A stretch of DNA of 64,000 bases, from assembly GCA_964252035.1 (NCBI GenBank), contig OZ176204.1; one strand, 5' to 3'. Position 1 is the first letter of the stretch; every line of letters begins with the position of its first letter. A model generated the notes under the pieces. The model was not told the DNA's origin, did no database searches, and was given only the letters and a program-made list of their open reading frames with translations. Of this stretch, positions 63,171 through 64,000 are shown in pieces. The stretch comes from Podarcis erhardii (taxonomy: Eukaryota). The position numbers and the translations under genes are program-made.

Positions 63171-63952
63171 GTGGTCCATCTTGATTTTTGATGTTTGCTG
63201 AGGAGGCTTTGTTCTAGCTACTTTCAAGAAAGGGCAGAGCTTCTCAGTGGAATCACTGTTGCTGCAGCTCCGTCTTCCTAAAGAGGTCTTGCAGGTTTCC
63301 TTTGCACAGTTTCAGAAATGCATTTTAACTGAACATTCCTCATGGCTGCTATGGATGTTCTCTGTTTCTTTCTCTCCACTATTTTCTTCAGAGTTGTCTT
63401 GTTCATTCTTTCCATTTGTATTGTTTTAATATGCATGTTTCATTTTTAGTACTTTTTTTTAAATAGAAAGGCAACTTGTAGGTTGCATCAATTAATAGAA
63501 CGGTTTGTCAATATGTTTTAAAAAGCATTAAGGACCACCTGTGAATGGCAGGCTGAAATGAGATTATCTTCAACAGCAGAGACAAGGTGACACAATCATG
63601 ATTCAGGCATTCCACAGAAAGAGAAGATCCAATCCCAGTAAGTAATAATTTATTTTCCTGCAAACTAATGGTTTCAGTCACAGGTAGGCAGAAATATTAC
63701 ATTTAATAGTAGCAATACTGTAGGAGTAATTATTTATACTAAATTAACAATATATGCAACATGTTCATCAGCAGCAGATGCAGAAATTAACAGCACAGGT
63801 GAAAAGCTATTTTAGAAGGACACAATTGATTTAATTTCAGTTTCCTAACTTTGATCTTTCCAAACCTTCTCACATCACAGCTGGTGTACAGACAGGAATA
63901 GCCAAACTATATAAAGACGGTTTCAGTTATTGAGGAGGGTGGTTTATTGGGG

Positions 63953-63976
63953 TGTTGTTGTTGTTGTTGTTGTTGT
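63953..63976. repeat. (TTG)n microsatellite
   Basis: About 7-8 units read directly. Confidence 0.9.
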
Positions 63977-64000
63977 TTCCATTACGTATTTTATGTTTTT

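Noticed and set aside
52000-64000. 3' exons of DNER, the upstream neighbour of PID1 in human synteny as I recall it
   Set aside because: No DNER-like C-terminal coding sequence was found; it presumably lies beyond the right edge.

Overview
Vertebrate (squamate, most likely lacertid lizard) genomic DNA, judged from Sauria-SINE, BovB, L2/CR1/L1 and hAT/TcMar MITE content. The only host gene I can support is PID1 on the minus strand. Coding exon 1 (49131-49160, MWQPASERLQ) lies in a CpG island (~48370-49761). A 31,839-bp intron 1 separates it from the 147-nt exon 2 (17145-17291, HFQTMLKTKLNVLTL...GCK). The last, PTB-domain exon must lie left of the window. The rest is intron or upstream intergenic DNA dense in transposons: a near-intact full-length L2 LINE, an RT-deleted sister copy, an L1 3' portion with an open reading frame, a BovB fragment abutting the promoter, and many MITEs and SINEs, several nested or internally rearranged. 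I found no convincing evidence of a wholly new biological system. The best leads are a candidate in-frame 60-nt cassette exon in PID1 intron 1, a start-stop uORF in the PID1 leader, a TSD-flanked 112-bp mini Sauria SINE, and a BovB plus inverted-MITE cluster at the PID1 promoter. Repeat family names come from recall of consensus features, not from database searches, and boundaries are manual estimates.
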